Shown here: piece by piece, positions 1 to 9,965 of the stretch
Layout of the letters: the number at the start of each line of letters is the position of its first letter
How positions within the stretch are numbered: position 1 is the stretch's first letter
Program-made: the position numbers and the translations under genes
Source of the DNA: Pseudomonadota bacterium
Lineage (GTDB): Bacteria > Bdellovibrionota > UBA1018 > CAIMNF01
Assembly (NCBI GenBank): GCA_027491115.1
Contig: JAIXWV010000016.1
Coordinates: 10,657-74,656 of the forward strand
Length of the DNA: 64,000 nucleotides
Reading direction: 5' to 3'
The notes under the pieces: generated by a model
What the model saw: the letters and a program-made list of their open reading frames with translations, nothing else
Database searches by the model: none
What the model was told of the DNA's origin: nothing

Positions 1-87
1 GTGGCTTCCATCCTGCTGGCCCTGGCCATCGTGTTTTTTATCTCGGCTTGGGCTCGAAAAAGCATCAATAGCGTGAAAAGATCCTAG
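1..87 (+). CDS. 3' end of a membrane protein (partial, runs off window)
   Basis: Frame 1 reads VASILLALAIVFFISAWARKSINSVKRS* (TM helix plus basic tail) and stops 4 nt before the next ATG. Confidence 0.5.
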   Translation: MASILLALAIVFFISAWARKSINSVKRS

Positions 88-91
88 CAAG

Positions 92-640
92 ATGAGTCTT
101 GAATCCCAGTCCGTCGAGTACCGGATCGTGCCAGAGCGCTCCCAGGTGGCCTTCTCTGTGAAGCACCTGATGATCGCCAAAGTGAAGGGGCGTTTTGAGC
201 GCTTCCGGGGGATCTTCCGCCTCGACCCTGAACATCCGTCACAGAGCCAGTTCGAGGGAGCCGTCGAGGTCGCATCCATCACGACCGCGGACGCGTCCCG
301 GGATGAATACTTGCGCACCAATGAGTTCTTCGACCCGAAGCGATTTCCAGAAATGAAGTTCTCCTCTACGAAGGTCGATCTTTCGGCGCGAGATCGGATC
401 CGAATTGTGGGGACCCTTCAAGTCAAAGAAGCCCGGGGTCCTGTAGAGCTCGAGGTTGAGGGGCTTGGTGAGCTCCTGGACCACCCCGAGAAGTTGCCGT
501 CGGGCATTGAAATCCACGCCTGGGGAAAGATCGACCGACGCGAGTTCGGGCTGGTGTGGCCACCTGCCATCGAGGCGGGCGGGGTGCTGGTGGGAAATGA
601 GGTTGAAATAGACCTGAGATTTCATTGGGTTCGTACCTAG
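92..640 (+). CDS. YceI family polyisoprenoid-binding protein
   Basis: SQVAFSVKHLMIAKVKGRF, RDEYLRTNEFFD..RFPEMKFSST, IDRREFGL motifs. Confidence 0.92.
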   Translation: MSLESQSVEYRIVPERSQVAFSVKHLMIAKVKGRFERFRGIFRLDPEHPSQSQFEGAVEVASITTADASRDEYLRTNEFFDPKRFPEMKFSSTKVDLSARDRIRIVGTLQVKEARGPVELEVEGLGELLDHPEKLPSGIEIHAWGKIDRREFGLVWPPAIEAGGVLVGNEVEIDLRFHWVRT

Positions 641-747
641 TTTTCTGGTGGTGGAATTCTTTCTTTACATTATTGCTGCGGTGCGTTAAAACGCTGATGT
701 CATTTTAAACCCAACGCCCCCTCTCTGAAAGAGAAAGGAAGATCTCC

Positions 748-1893
748 ATGAAATCCCTCTTTTCACTATTGATCCTGCTGCAGGCCGCAAGTGCCTATGC
801 GGAGTCCAAGATCGTCGTGACCCCTGTCAGCCAGAAAATCCAATTGAAGGCCACCCGGATGAATGCAGACGGTCCGATCGAGGCACAAGAAGATTACATC
901 TTGAGTGCTCAACGCAATCTCGTGACCACGGAGATCATCACTTCGGTGGAGTACTCTTGTGAAGACGTCGACACCAATTCTGACGGACGTCAGGGCAATT
1001 GGCATGGATTCTACGAAGCTCCCCAGGCCAAGAAGGCGGATGCGCTCGCTAAAGCCATCCAAGGAGTGGGCGATCGGACCGCACCTCATCTGGTGGCGTA
1101 TTTCATGAAGGGCAAGCCCCGCTCATGGAGTGCATTCACCAAGCTGATTAAGACCGCGGCGAAGGACATGACTGCAAAGGGTATCCCGTCCGGTTGGGCG
1201 AGCCAGGTGATTTACTCTCATAAAGAAGAGAACATCCGCAACCTCGGGTACCTCTCAAGCGCGGTCGACTGTCGCGCGGATGTGAAGACCTACAAGATCG
1301 AAAATTCCGAGAAGCTCGGAGAATTGAACGCCCTTGTGAAAGTGAAGGCGCGGAATCTCTCCTTGCTGCCGGGCGAATCGGAAAGCTTTGAAATCCAGTA
1401 CGACGGAAAGCGCGTCTCGGTGACTGCGAGCGAAGGTTACAATCAAGTGGCTTCACGCATCGCTTACTCTGATTATGGAAATCGCTATGACACCTCGGCC
1501 AATGTGGAGTTGATCGGTACAGCCCGTAAAGCGGTCACGCCCGGAAACCTCATCGAGTCCAACCGGTCACGCATTGCCGCAGACGGAACTTTGGTGATCT
1601 CCCACCAGGGACTGAGCGCCCTAGCGGTGAATCGTGAGTTCGCAGCCAAGTGCAAGGCGATCGTGAGCGCGAGCGTGATCGGAACTGAAGGGTCTTTCTG
1701 GAACTCCAAGGACCGTACCCTCCTGAGCCGCGAGATCCAGCTTGACCTTTCCGCGGGTCAGACGGTGGCTTCTTTCGGGAACACCGGAAAGTCCGCCAAA
1801 GAAGACCTCTCTGTGAGCTATGACCTTCGCTTCGCTCCCGGCTGCCCGTTTTACAACGGCAAGCCAACCTTGAAATCCCTGATCGGAGATTGA
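748..1893 (+). CDS. secreted hypothetical protein with internal ComEA-like helix-hairpin-helix segment
   Basis: Signal peptide (ASAYA); LAKAIQGVGDRTAPHLVAYF resembles an HhH motif; RBS aagga. Confidence 0.75.
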   Translation: MKSLFSLLILLQAASAYAESKIVVTPVSQKIQLKATRMNADGPIEAQEDYILSAQRNLVTTEIITSVEYSCEDVDTNSDGRQGNWHGFYEAPQAKKADALAKAIQGVGDRTAPHLVAYFMKGKPRSWSAFTKLIKTAAKDMTAKGIPSGWASQVIYSHKEENIRNLGYLSSAVDCRADVKTYKIENSEKLGELNALVKVKARNLSLLPGESESFEIQYDGKRVSVTASEGYNQVASRIAYSDYGNRYDTSANVELIGTARKAVTPGNLIESNRSRIAADGTLVISHQGLSALAVNREFAAKCKAIVSASVIGTEGSFWNSKDRTLLSREIQLDLSAGQTVASFGNTGKSAKEDLSVSYDLRFAPGCPFYNGKPTLKSLIGD

Positions 1894-1897
1894 GATC

Positions 1898-2941
1898 ATG
1901 AAGCGCCCGGCTCGGATTCTCAGACAGATTCTCAGCATGGTGGTCCTGTTATTAAGCCTGGGTGGCACCTCGTACTCTGCGGAGTCCGGGGTGCTTCCCT
2001 CGCTCGGGGACCTCACCAAAGCCTTGAATCAATATTGTTCCGAGCCCGGCACCGAAAACTCCGCCGATTGTCTGAAAGCCTATCTGTCTTATCGCTGTAC
2101 GGTGAACTTCACTTTCAGCGATCCTTTTTACATTTACTCGTGCATCGACGCCTCGATGGATCTGGTCGAAGTCCTCGACCTGACCCAGGTCAAAGTGGAT
2201 CCCTCCCGCGATGCGGGGGTGAACGGCCTCAAGCTCCACCAGGTGGCCTTCACGTCACGACTCAAGAAAGCTTTTTCGGCCGATTCAGCCATCTTCGCGA
2301 ATTGGATGCAGACTTTCCAGGGCGAGTTCGAGGATTCCTACCGCAACGGGTCCGCCCACTCCCTTTGGACGGTAGCGGTCCGGATCACCGGAACGCGTGA
2401 GCGCGCGCTCGGATTCATGACGACGGTGTTCCAGGACTTTGCGAGCAAGGGCTACTTTGATCTCGTGGACTCCACATTGGGTAGGAAAGCCCGCTCGAAT
2501 TTGATGAGTTTGAATGGCTTTTACGACCTTCTGGTTTCCAATCGGGTCGAGGCGAACCAGAATCCCTCGTATTCGATCTATCCGTACATTCCAGGGGCGA
2601 AGGACCTCCATCCTCTGGCGCACCACTTTTACACTCCGGCTTATTTGTCCATGCGCCTGAAACAACTCGGACACGAGGACCGGGTGGCGGCTTATGTGAG
2701 TCTGTTGTTTAATACCTCGTACGAATTCTTGAAGCTCGATCGCAAGATGCAAACCGGACGGTGGCCGCTCCGGGATCCGGGTCCATTCGACGGAAAGAAG
2801 TATGCGCTTCAGGTCCAGAAGATCTACACCGGTTACCGCGGAGCGCTCTACGGGATCGGAAAAGCGACCGGAATGGATTACGGCACCTTCGCCAAGAAAC
2901 TGGTCGCCGATCCTTCGGGCTTCATTTCATCGCTTCATTGA
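1898..2941 (+). CDS. secreted hypothetical protein
   Basis: 347-aa ORF with signal peptide, 4 nt after the previous stop; Cys-rich N-terminus. Confidence 0.75.
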   Translation: MKRPARILRQILSMVVLLLSLGGTSYSAESGVLPSLGDLTKALNQYCSEPGTENSADCLKAYLSYRCTVNFTFSDPFYIYSCIDASMDLVEVLDLTQVKVDPSRDAGVNGLKLHQVAFTSRLKKAFSADSAIFANWMQTFQGEFEDSYRNGSAHSLWTVAVRITGTRERALGFMTTVFQDFASKGYFDLVDSTLGRKARSNLMSLNGFYDLLVSNRVEANQNPSYSIYPYIPGAKDLHPLAHHFYTPAYLSMRLKQLGHEDRVAAYVSLLFNTSYEFLKLDRKMQTGRWPLRDPGPFDGKKYALQVQKIYTGYRGALYGIGKATGMDYGTFAKKLVADPSGFISSLH

Positions 2942-2946
2942 CCGGA

Positions 2947-4140
2947 TCAGGGCAGCAGCATTCTGCAGGCAAGGGTCCAGGCTGGATGTCTTCTTCCGAA
3001 TTCTCCAGCTGCGTAGCGGGCTGATTCCGGACTGCAAGTGAGGGAAAGGCCGGTTGCCGGCCCCGAGCCCGCAGTGGAGCTTGCGGCGATGACGAGTGCA
3101 TCGGGTCGATCATGAGCGTGATGAATTGCTCCCGTTGAGTCGATCCAGGTCCGGCCCGGCATCCAGCGGGATCGGATTCCTTCGAGGCGTTCGGCCGCCT
3201 CAGGGCGGATGCGAACCAAAGTTTCAATCAGGTGTCCGGCGTCCGCCGCCAGGTCCCGATATTCATTCCGAGTCAGGATCAGCATTTTTTTCAACCGGAG
3301 TGTTTCTTCTTCCGAGAGGGTGAGAATCAGGTGGGAGACCTCGTCGAGGTCACGGTTGAACCGCTCGGTCTTGTGGGCATCCAGTGAGATCAAGGCGGAT
3401 GAGAAGTTGGGCACTCCTGCATCGGCACGGGGATAGTGATGAACGTAACGCTCACCCAGTTGCTGGGCGCTCATTTGGGGCGTCGCCACAAGTTCGCCGA
3501 GAGGAGAGGCATGATCGAATCCGTTCACATCGAATTGGGACCCGAGCAAGAACTGGGCTTGTCCCTTGAGTGAGTGAGCCACCTCCCCGAAGGCCATCCG
3601 GCAGGCATCGAAGATCAGGAGGTCGAGTGGATTCCCGCGTTGCTCCTTGAAGTTACGGAGCACTGAGCGCAAGCCACCCAGTGACATCACCTCTTCGCGG
3701 TTTCCGTCCTCGATCACTCCGCGCCAATTCATTCCGTGACTTCCGATCACCAGGGCATAGCGATCGGCCGGAAAATGCTTCATCCCCCATTCCAAAAACC
3801 GTCTCAAGGTTCTGGGGCGCGCTGAACGTGTTTCGTCCCGGATTGTTTCAAGAACAAAGGAGTGGGGGAGATCCTGATCCGGACGACCAGGGGTTTCATC
3901 CTCTTTTAAGATGAGCGTCCGCTCGCTCTTCCGGGTGCCCGGGTAATCGGTTTCGACCACCAGGTTCAAACCGGACTGAGAGCCGACTTTTTCAAATTGC
4001 CTGAGGTAAGGAATGCTGAACTCGTAAAGGTCGTTGTCGACCGCCCAATAGACGAGGACCGTCCAGCTCTCCGCCCGGGCAGGTAAAGACTGGAAACAGA
4101 GCCACAATGAAAATACAACCCAGAGTCGCGGTCTCGACAT
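2947..4140 (-). CDS. clostripain-family (C11) cysteine peptidase, secreted
   Basis: WTVLVYWAVDNDL, FLEWGMKHFPADRYALVIGSHG (His), LDLLIFDACRMA (Cys); start set at MSRPRLW after ggagagga. Confidence 0.85.
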   Translation of the reverse strand: MSRPRLWVVFSLWLCFQSLPARAESWTVLVYWAVDNDLYEFSIPYLRQFEKVGSQSGLNLVVETDYPGTRKSERTLILKEDETPGRPDQDLPHSFVLETIRDETRSARPRTLRRFLEWGMKHFPADRYALVIGSHGMNWRGVIEDGNREEVMSLGGLRSVLRNFKEQRGNPLDLLIFDACRMAFGEVAHSLKGQAQFLLGSQFDVNGFDHASPLGELVATPQMSAQQLGERYVHHYPRADAGVPNFSSALISLDAHKTERFNRDLDEVSHLILTLSEEETLRLKKMLILTRNEYRDLAADAGHLIETLVRIRPEAAERLEGIRSRWMPGRTWIDSTGAIHHAHDRPDALVIAASSTAGSGPATGLSLTCSPESARYAAGEFGRRHPAWTLACRMLLP

Positions 4141-4262
4141 CGAATCCTCTCCGGATACTTTGCCACCGCTCCAGGGAATCTGGCAATGCACTGCAGGGGG
4201 TTTTCAGGGTTGACAGAGGACCATACCCCCGCCAATCTTTTAGCATCAAAAGGAGATTTCTA

Positions 4263-4784
4263 ATGAAACTGTCCACCCGTATTTCCGCGCTGTTTATCGC
4301 TCTCGTCGCATTGCTCGCCCCCGCCGCTCATGCCATTCCCGGAGTGAGCTTTGGAATCATGGGTGGGGCCAATTTGAATTTGCCCAACACCACCGGTCTG
4401 ACCGGAATGATTGGTTACTCAGTTGGACCATCAGTTGGGCTGGGGCCTCTTGAGGTTTCCGCTCTCTATTCGAGCTATGGCACCGAAATCACTATTCCGG
4501 TATTAAACGTGACCCAGTCTGTCTCGAGCAACTTCCTTGATATTCCTGTGTTGTATCGTATTGGTGCTGGTCCTCTGAGTGTGGGCCTGGGGGGGTTCTA
4601 TTCCATTTGTATGGAAAGCACCTGCACCACTTCGGATAACAACTATGGCGCCACTGCCAGTGTCCGGGCCTCGGTTCCTGTGGTCGGATTCTTTGTCGAT
4701 GGCCGTTTCAATCTCGGCCTGAGAGATAGCGCCGGTAGCAAGGCTTCTTCCATGGCCGTTCTCCTCGGCTACGATTTCATCTGA
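4263..4784 (+). CDS. small outer-membrane beta-barrel protein
   Basis: RBS aggaga; signal peptide (AAHA); alternating beta strands; C-terminal GYDFI. Confidence 0.75.
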   Translation: MKLSTRISALFIALVALLAPAAHAIPGVSFGIMGGANLNLPNTTGLTGMIGYSVGPSVGLGPLEVSALYSSYGTEITIPVLNVTQSVSSNFLDIPVLYRIGAGPLSVGLGGFYSICMESTCTTSDNNYGATASVRASVPVVGFFVDGRFNLGLRDSAGSKASSMAVLLGYDFI

Positions 4785-4804
4785 GAATCGGATCGGAAAC
4801 TGTC

Positions 4805-4838
4805 GGGGAGTCGGCTCGGGCCGGCTCCCCTTTTTTTT
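4805..4838 (+). terminator. intrinsic terminator
   Basis: ggggagtcggc-tcgg-gccggctcccc followed by T8. Confidence 0.9.
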
Positions 4839-4851
4839 GAGGGATGTTTGA

Positions 4852-6420
4852 ATGTGGATTCTGCTTCGATTGTCCATTGTGGTGTTCGCGCTTCTGTACC
4901 GGTTTTGGGATTTCCGCAACCGGACCTTCCGGTTCACGAAAGAGTATTTGGGTTCACTCGAGGTCAGGGTCCGGACGTCCAGCAATCGCTTTCGGACGGT
5001 CTTCACGACGAAATACCTGGTCACGACGGAGTACCGGATCACCACTGCGAGCAAGATCTATTTCCGTCTGCGTGGTGAATCGAAATGGACCCGGTTTTGC
5101 AAGAGAATCGGACTCGGTATCGAGTTCCAAGTCGGGGATCCGGAGTTCGACGAAGTGTTCTATGTGGCTTCCGACCACCCTGCGTTCTTGTATACCCTTC
5201 GAGATGATCCGGCGCTACGGACGCGACTTCTTGAGCTCTGGAAAATGGGCTTCACCGAAATCATGTCCACCGGAACGGGCGATTTGCGACTGAAGAGGAC
5301 GGACGGTCTCGTGCTCGAGCCTGAGCTCGGAGACCGTCTCCTGAAGGTTCGGGACGCGGTCGAGAAGATCCGCTTCAATCCCAGGCTGATCGACCGGTGG
5401 TTTATTCCTGTCTTGATTTTCGAGACGGTGGTTTGGGTAGTGGGTGCCTATGGATTTGGTTCACTGATTCACTTGAAGCTCGATAGCGGACAGAGTGTCA
5501 TTCATCCTGAGAAGATCTGGGCCTTGGGTTCCACGGTTGCGCTCCTCGTGCTGGCAACCTGGATGTTTGTGGTGGGGTTCCTGTTCAGGCGTTCCTCTCG
5601 TGCCCCGATGTTTGTCATCGATCTGTTTTTTTATATGTTTGTGAGTGTGGTGTTCGCTGGATCTCAAGGTGTATCGGATATGAACCGGATTCTGGATCGG
5701 TCGAAAACGGAGTCCTATCAGGCGCTGATCCTGAAGCGGTACTCGAGAAGCGTCGGATCGGGCAAATACAGATCCACCTCACACTATCTTGTATTGCGCT
5801 TTGACCGGAATCCTGAGTCGATTCCCGAAAAGCTTGAAGTCTCTGCCTGGGATATTTACAAACTCACCGAAGGACAAGGGGTGGAGCTCAGGGTTCGAAA
5901 GGGCGGTCTTGGATTCGCTTACATCGACGATTTGATTCCGATACCTCCGCCCGAGTTTCCGGCAGATCCGGCCGAACCCCAGGCTCCGGTGCTTTCAGCG
6001 GATCAGATCAAAAGTCTTGTGGCCTGGAGCGCTCCCCAGCCCCCCCCTTTCGGGGAGGGCGTGAAGGCCTGGGCCGAAGAAAAGTACCCATCCGGGGTTT
6101 ACCGGCAAATGGAGCCCTTGGTGAACGGTGTGCGTGAAGGACTTGCCCGGTACTGGCATGAGAACGGCCAGCTCTATTCGGAAATTCCCTGGGTAAGTGA
6201 CCAAAAGCACGGTTGCTTCATCCTCTATCGACCCGACGCCACAGTCGAGCAGGTCTTGAGCTACCAGAACGGGAAATCTCACGGACTTCTCACCTGGCAT
6301 GATGCTGCGGGGGTCACGAACCGTCGGGCCTTGTATCAGGACGGGGTCCCGGTCGAAGCAAGTGAAGCCATTCTCAAGGAGTACGAGTCCCTGCGATCGT
6401 GTCGTCCTCCAGGTATCTGA
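4852..6420 (+). CDS. membrane protein with C-terminal MORN/YwqK-like repeats
   Basis: Several TM segments, Pro-rich linker, repeats NGVREGLARYWHENGQ / NGKSHGLLTWHDAAG. Confidence 0.75.
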   Translation: MWILLRLSIVVFALLYRFWDFRNRTFRFTKEYLGSLEVRVRTSSNRFRTVFTTKYLVTTEYRITTASKIYFRLRGESKWTRFCKRIGLGIEFQVGDPEFDEVFYVASDHPAFLYTLRDDPALRTRLLELWKMGFTEIMSTGTGDLRLKRTDGLVLEPELGDRLLKVRDAVEKIRFNPRLIDRWFIPVLIFETVVWVVGAYGFGSLIHLKLDSGQSVIHPEKIWALGSTVALLVLATWMFVVGFLFRRSSRAPMFVIDLFFYMFVSVVFAGSQGVSDMNRILDRSKTESYQALILKRYSRSVGSGKYRSTSHYLVLRFDRNPESIPEKLEVSAWDIYKLTEGQGVELRVRKGGLGFAYIDDLIPIPPPEFPADPAEPQAPVLSADQIKSLVAWSAPQPPPFGEGVKAWAEEKYPSGVYRQMEPLVNGVREGLARYWHENGQLYSEIPWVSDQKHGCFILYRPDATVEQVLSYQNGKSHGLLTWHDAAGVTNRRALYQDGVPVEASEAILKEYESLRSCRPPGI

Positions 6421-6485
6421 CCAGCAGATCAATCAGCTCCTCGACGATCAGATCCCGATCGGACTCTTCTTTATCGGGGTGCGCC

Positions 6486-6725
6486 ATGGTGTTTCCTTTG
6501 CACTATTCCGTGTTGCTGGTGTTCACGGCATTTTCTCTCTTCATGAATGTGTACGGGCACCTCGGATTCAATCTCTTCAGTCCGGAGCAGCTGGATCGTG
6601 CTCCACTCCGTTGGTTCAGTCACACGATCCACCACAGTTGGCACCACCGCCATCAGCGGGGCAATTACGGATTTTATCTCCTTTTTTGGGATCGTATGAT
6701 GGGAACTTACAAGCCCTCGTCCTGA
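6486..6725 (+). pseudogene. 5'-truncated sterol desaturase / fatty acid hydroxylase remnant
   Basis: Only C-terminal motifs present (NVYGHLG, HHSWHH, NYGFYLLFWDRMMGT); N-terminal His boxes absent and upstream DNA belongs to the preceding gene. Confidence 0.75.
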
Positions 6726-6921
6726 GTGGGGCGACTCATGGGGTCGCGCACCTATGTGGTTTGAAACTCATGAGGAAAACGGTTCGTGGGGTCGGAATTT
6801 TTATTGTGTATCCATTTATCGGCGAAGGTGTTAGGTTAGCCCTGTAATTTTGCTTCTACCGAGTCTGCGGGCGTGGTGCCCATATCCTCTTTAGCGGCCC
6901 CTAGCCTTAAGGAGGTATTCA

Positions 6922-7224
6922 ATGGGTAAGAAATTATTTGTAGGGAATTTGGCGTTTTCTGTAACGAGTGAGATGCTTCAGCAGTCTTTCTCCGAGTGTG
7001 GTTCGGTGGATTCTTCGACCGTCATCACCGACCGTGAGACCGGCCGGAGCAAAGGTTTCGGTTTCGTCGAAATGTCGACTGAGAACGAAGCCCAAACTGC
7101 GATCTCGCGTTTCAATGGCGCCGAGCTCGGTGGTCGTGCACTCACTGTGAACGAAGCCAAGCCGATGGAGCCACGCAATAACGATCGCCGTGGTGGTTAC
7201 AACGGCGGCGGACGTCGTTACTGA
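6922..7224 (+). CDS. RRM (RNP-1) RNA-binding protein with Gly-rich tail
   Basis: RNP2 LFVGNL, RNP1 KGFGFVEM, LTVNEAKP; RBS aaggagg. Confidence 0.95.
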   Translation: MGKKLFVGNLAFSVTSEMLQQSFSECGSVDSSTVITDRETGRSKGFGFVEMSTENEAQTAISRFNGAELGGRALTVNEAKPMEPRNNDRRGGYNGGGRRY

Positions 7225-7244
7225 TCCGTCTGTTCTTAAATTTT

Positions 7245-7291
7245 AGAGGTCTGATGGAGTGCTTCGGCAAGACGTCAGACCTCTTTTCTTT
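7245..7291 (+). terminator. hairpin terminator after the RRM gene
   Basis: agaggtctgatg...cgtcagacctct stem with inner tgc-TTCG-gca tetraloop, then a T-rich tail. Confidence 0.7.
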
Positions 7292-7311
7292 CGTGTGCAA
7301 AGGAGGTGTTC

Positions 7312-7512
7312 ATGGGCAGACCGGGACCGGCCAGTCAGGCCAAGCGACAGCGTGAGCGCATGAAGGGCGAACGCCACCAGGAAAAAGAAGAGCGGCGCGA
7401 GCAGCGCAAGGAGCAGAAGAAGGAGCGCGAGCGCCTCATTGCGGAGGGCAAGGATCCTGATCTAGACGGGATTGTTCCAGGACCCCAGTTTCAACCCGAA
7501 TCGGAGTCTTGA
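7312..7512 (+). CDS. small charged hypothetical protein (66 aa)
   Basis: RBS aaggagg; R/K/E-rich helix ending DPDLDGIVPGPQ. Confidence 0.75.
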   Translation: MGRPGPASQAKRQRERMKGERHQEKEERREQRKEQKKERERLIAEGKDPDLDGIVPGPQFQPESES

Positions 7513-7590
7513 GGGCGGCGTCAGTTTTTTGTCTCAAGTGACAAACAGTTTGCGATTGGGATTGTGCGTCGGTCTGGCTAAGATTGAAGG

Positions 7591-9156
7591 GTGAACGTTT
7601 CGCGTTGGATAGCTGTTCTTGCCATTTTTGCTTCTTCAGCTCAGGCACAAGATCCGGAGTTCGGTCAGATCGAAGTCCAGGTTCTGTCTGAAGTGGTGAT
7701 TTATGCCTGTGCAAGCGGCAAGGTACCCTGTTTTCCCGGTCGTGCGGACTTGGGGTGTGTGCCGGAGGGACTCGATTCCAAGGGCTTTGAAAAGGCTTGC
7801 GAAAAATACAAGTTGGCACTCGAAGAGTTTCAGTTTGATTGCTTTGTGACCCATGGTGCCCGACGCAGTTACGTGGGAAAAACCCGCACCCAAGAAGTTT
7901 GTGCGGGTTTACAAGAAGTGTGGGAGCAGCTTTCGGGAGATCCGTTCTTCAAGGAACGTTCGGATTCCTGGAGAATGAACTTCATGCGCAACACCCTTCT
8001 CAAGCCAAGAGGAAACCCGCGCAAAGATAATCCTGGCTTGGTCGGGCAGCTCAGGTTCAAGCGAAGTGGAAAGCTCCGAAAGAGCTCGGATGATGTCGAT
8101 CGTCTTTTGGCCAAGGCGCAAGCCAATCTCGACGCCTATCGTGCCGAGGTGAGCTGCGGTGCCGGTATTGTTCCGGGAATTGACCAAGTGCCCGTTTTGA
8201 ATCAAAGGGAACAAGGAACCTGTTACGCACATTCTTCCTCAACGCTCATCGACTATGTCAGGAAAACCCGATCTGGTCAGGATTATCCCGTGTACGGCTC
8301 TCCCTTGATGGGTGCGATTGATTACCACTTGAATGCCACGGATCAAGTCGAGTCCTGTAAGAACCCCTTCTCCGGCGGATTCACCTGCACTGCCTTCAAT
8401 GCAACCCTGGGGAGGGGATTCTGCGGTTCCCAAAAGGTCGAGCAGGCTATTCAGAGGACTTTCATAGTGCGGGATGGCTCCAAGAAGCAGTCTTGGTACC
8501 TCGATTGGGCCAAGAGGCAGAAACTTACAGTGACCACACAAGAGTTCAAGGTCAAACCGAATGACCCGGTCAATGAGTACCTATACGTGATCGGCTCGTT
8601 GTATCAGGAAAAAAACTGGGGTCGATTGAAGGAATTGCACGATTCCCTCAAGGTTGGAGGGGCCCTCCCAGGAGAGTCCTGCAAAACCGGCTCGAAGGGC
8701 TTTGATTTGTCTTGGGAGATTTTGAAGTTGAGCCCGAACCTCGAGATGTTTTATGCCATGTATTTCGAGAATGTTTGCAGCCGGGAGCCCTTTCCCTTCA
8801 AGGCGGGATGCACCACGCACCGATCCGGGATCACCATGGCCAAAGTGGACGAGCTCATTGCCAAAGGCTACCCAGTCGGGATCAACTACTGCTCCGCTGT
8901 ACTGAAAAACAGCAAGTTCCAGTCGCAGACCCAGCCGATCTGGAAGGACAACAAGGCATGTGGCACGCACGCCTCCGTGATCGTAGGCACTGCGGTGGAC
9001 TCGAAGGGCCAATGCACTTATGTGCTTCGGAACTCCTGGGGGAAATCGTGTGCGTATTACGACCGGAGCTATGACTGCATAGACGGACATGTTTACATTC
9101 CGAAGGAAACCCTGATCCGGCAGACTTTCGAGCTTCAAGAGATCTCGGTGCAGTGA
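7591..9156 (+). CDS. secreted papain-like (C1) cysteine peptidase
   Basis: Signal peptide; VLNQREQGTCYAHS (Gln/Cys), HASVIVG (His), YVLRNSWG (Asn). Confidence 0.88.
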   Translation: MNVSRWIAVLAIFASSAQAQDPEFGQIEVQVLSEVVIYACASGKVPCFPGRADLGCVPEGLDSKGFEKACEKYKLALEEFQFDCFVTHGARRSYVGKTRTQEVCAGLQEVWEQLSGDPFFKERSDSWRMNFMRNTLLKPRGNPRKDNPGLVGQLRFKRSGKLRKSSDDVDRLLAKAQANLDAYRAEVSCGAGIVPGIDQVPVLNQREQGTCYAHSSSTLIDYVRKTRSGQDYPVYGSPLMGAIDYHLNATDQVESCKNPFSGGFTCTAFNATLGRGFCGSQKVEQAIQRTFIVRDGSKKQSWYLDWAKRQKLTVTTQEFKVKPNDPVNEYLYVIGSLYQEKNWGRLKELHDSLKVGGALPGESCKTGSKGFDLSWEILKLSPNLEMFYAMYFENVCSREPFPFKAGCTTHRSGITMAKVDELIAKGYPVGINYCSAVLKNSKFQSQTQPIWKDNKACGTHASVIVGTAVDSKGQCTYVLRNSWGKSCAYYDRSYDCIDGHVYIPKETLIRQTFELQEISVQ

Positions 9157-9524
9157 CCATGAACACCAAAACCACCCGTCTGGTCTATTCATCGGATCCC
9201 GAATTGAATCGTAAATGCGTGAAGTGCAAAGAGGTGATTTCGGAGTGCACTTGCGAGCCCGAGGTGGACCCCAAGAGCTACAAGTTTGTGGCCGTTCTCC
9301 GGATCGAGAAGAACGGTCGGGGTGGGAAGACCGTGACCGTAATCGACCGCCTCCCAAAGAACGAGGTTTTTCTGAAGGAGCTCACCACGAAGCTCAAGAA
9401 GAAGTGCGGAACCGGAGGGACTCATTTGACTTCGGGCAAGGACGGGGTGATCGAGATCCAAGGCGATCATCGCGAACTAATCCGGACTCTGCTTGAAAAA
9501 GAAGGGATCCGCTCGAAGGGATGA
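9153..9524 (+). CDS. yciH: SUI1/YciH translation initiation factor 1-like protein
   Basis: RLVYSS, CxxC..CxC, EKNGRGGKTVTVI, LKKKCGTGG, IEIQGDHR. Confidence 0.9.
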   Translation: MTMNTKTTRLVYSSDPELNRKCVKCKEVISECTCEPEVDPKSYKFVAVLRIEKNGRGGKTVTVIDRLPKNEVFLKELTTKLKKKCGTGGTHLTSGKDGVIEIQGDHRELIRTLLEKEGIRSKG

Positions 9525-9590
9525 GGCACCGCCTTAAGTGAACCCCAAGGTTTACTTGACGGGAGCTTGTGCAGGGATATGATTTGACCC

Positions 9591-9965
9591 ATGCAAGGTC
9601 AGAAGAAATGGAATGTTGTCGGACAAATTCTCACGGCATTGATTGCCATCCCATTTTTCATGAGCGCCATGATGAAGTTCAAGGGCGGGCCCGAAATGAT
9701 GGAGGGCTGGAACCATTTCGGATGGCCGACGGAATTTCTTCTTACGATCGGTATCCTCGAAGCCACGAGTGTTCTTTTGTACATGATTCCCCAGACCGCG
9801 GTACTGGGTGCAATCCTCTTGACCGGTTATCTCGGCGGAGCGATTGCGACCCACCTGCGAGTCAGCGAAGGCGTGCCGCTGCAGGTCCTCTTCGGTGTTC
9901 TCGTGTGGGGCGCCCTGTTTCTGCGTGATGAGCGCCTGCGCCAGTTGTTGCCGTTTCGGAAGTGA
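9591..9965 (+). CDS. DoxX family membrane protein
   Basis: LGAILLTGYLGGAIATHLRV, WGALFLRD motifs. Confidence 0.88.
   Translation: MQGQKKWNVVGQILTALIAIPFFMSAMMKFKGGPEMMEGWNHFGWPTEFLLTIGILEATSVLLYMIPQTAVLGAILLTGYLGGAIATHLRVSEGVPLQVLFGVLVWGALFLRDERLRQLLPFRK
9862..9965 (+). repeat. direct repeat copy 1 (doxX 3' end)
   Basis: 104 bp matching 12534-12637 with 6 mismatches by manual alignment. Confidence 0.95.
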
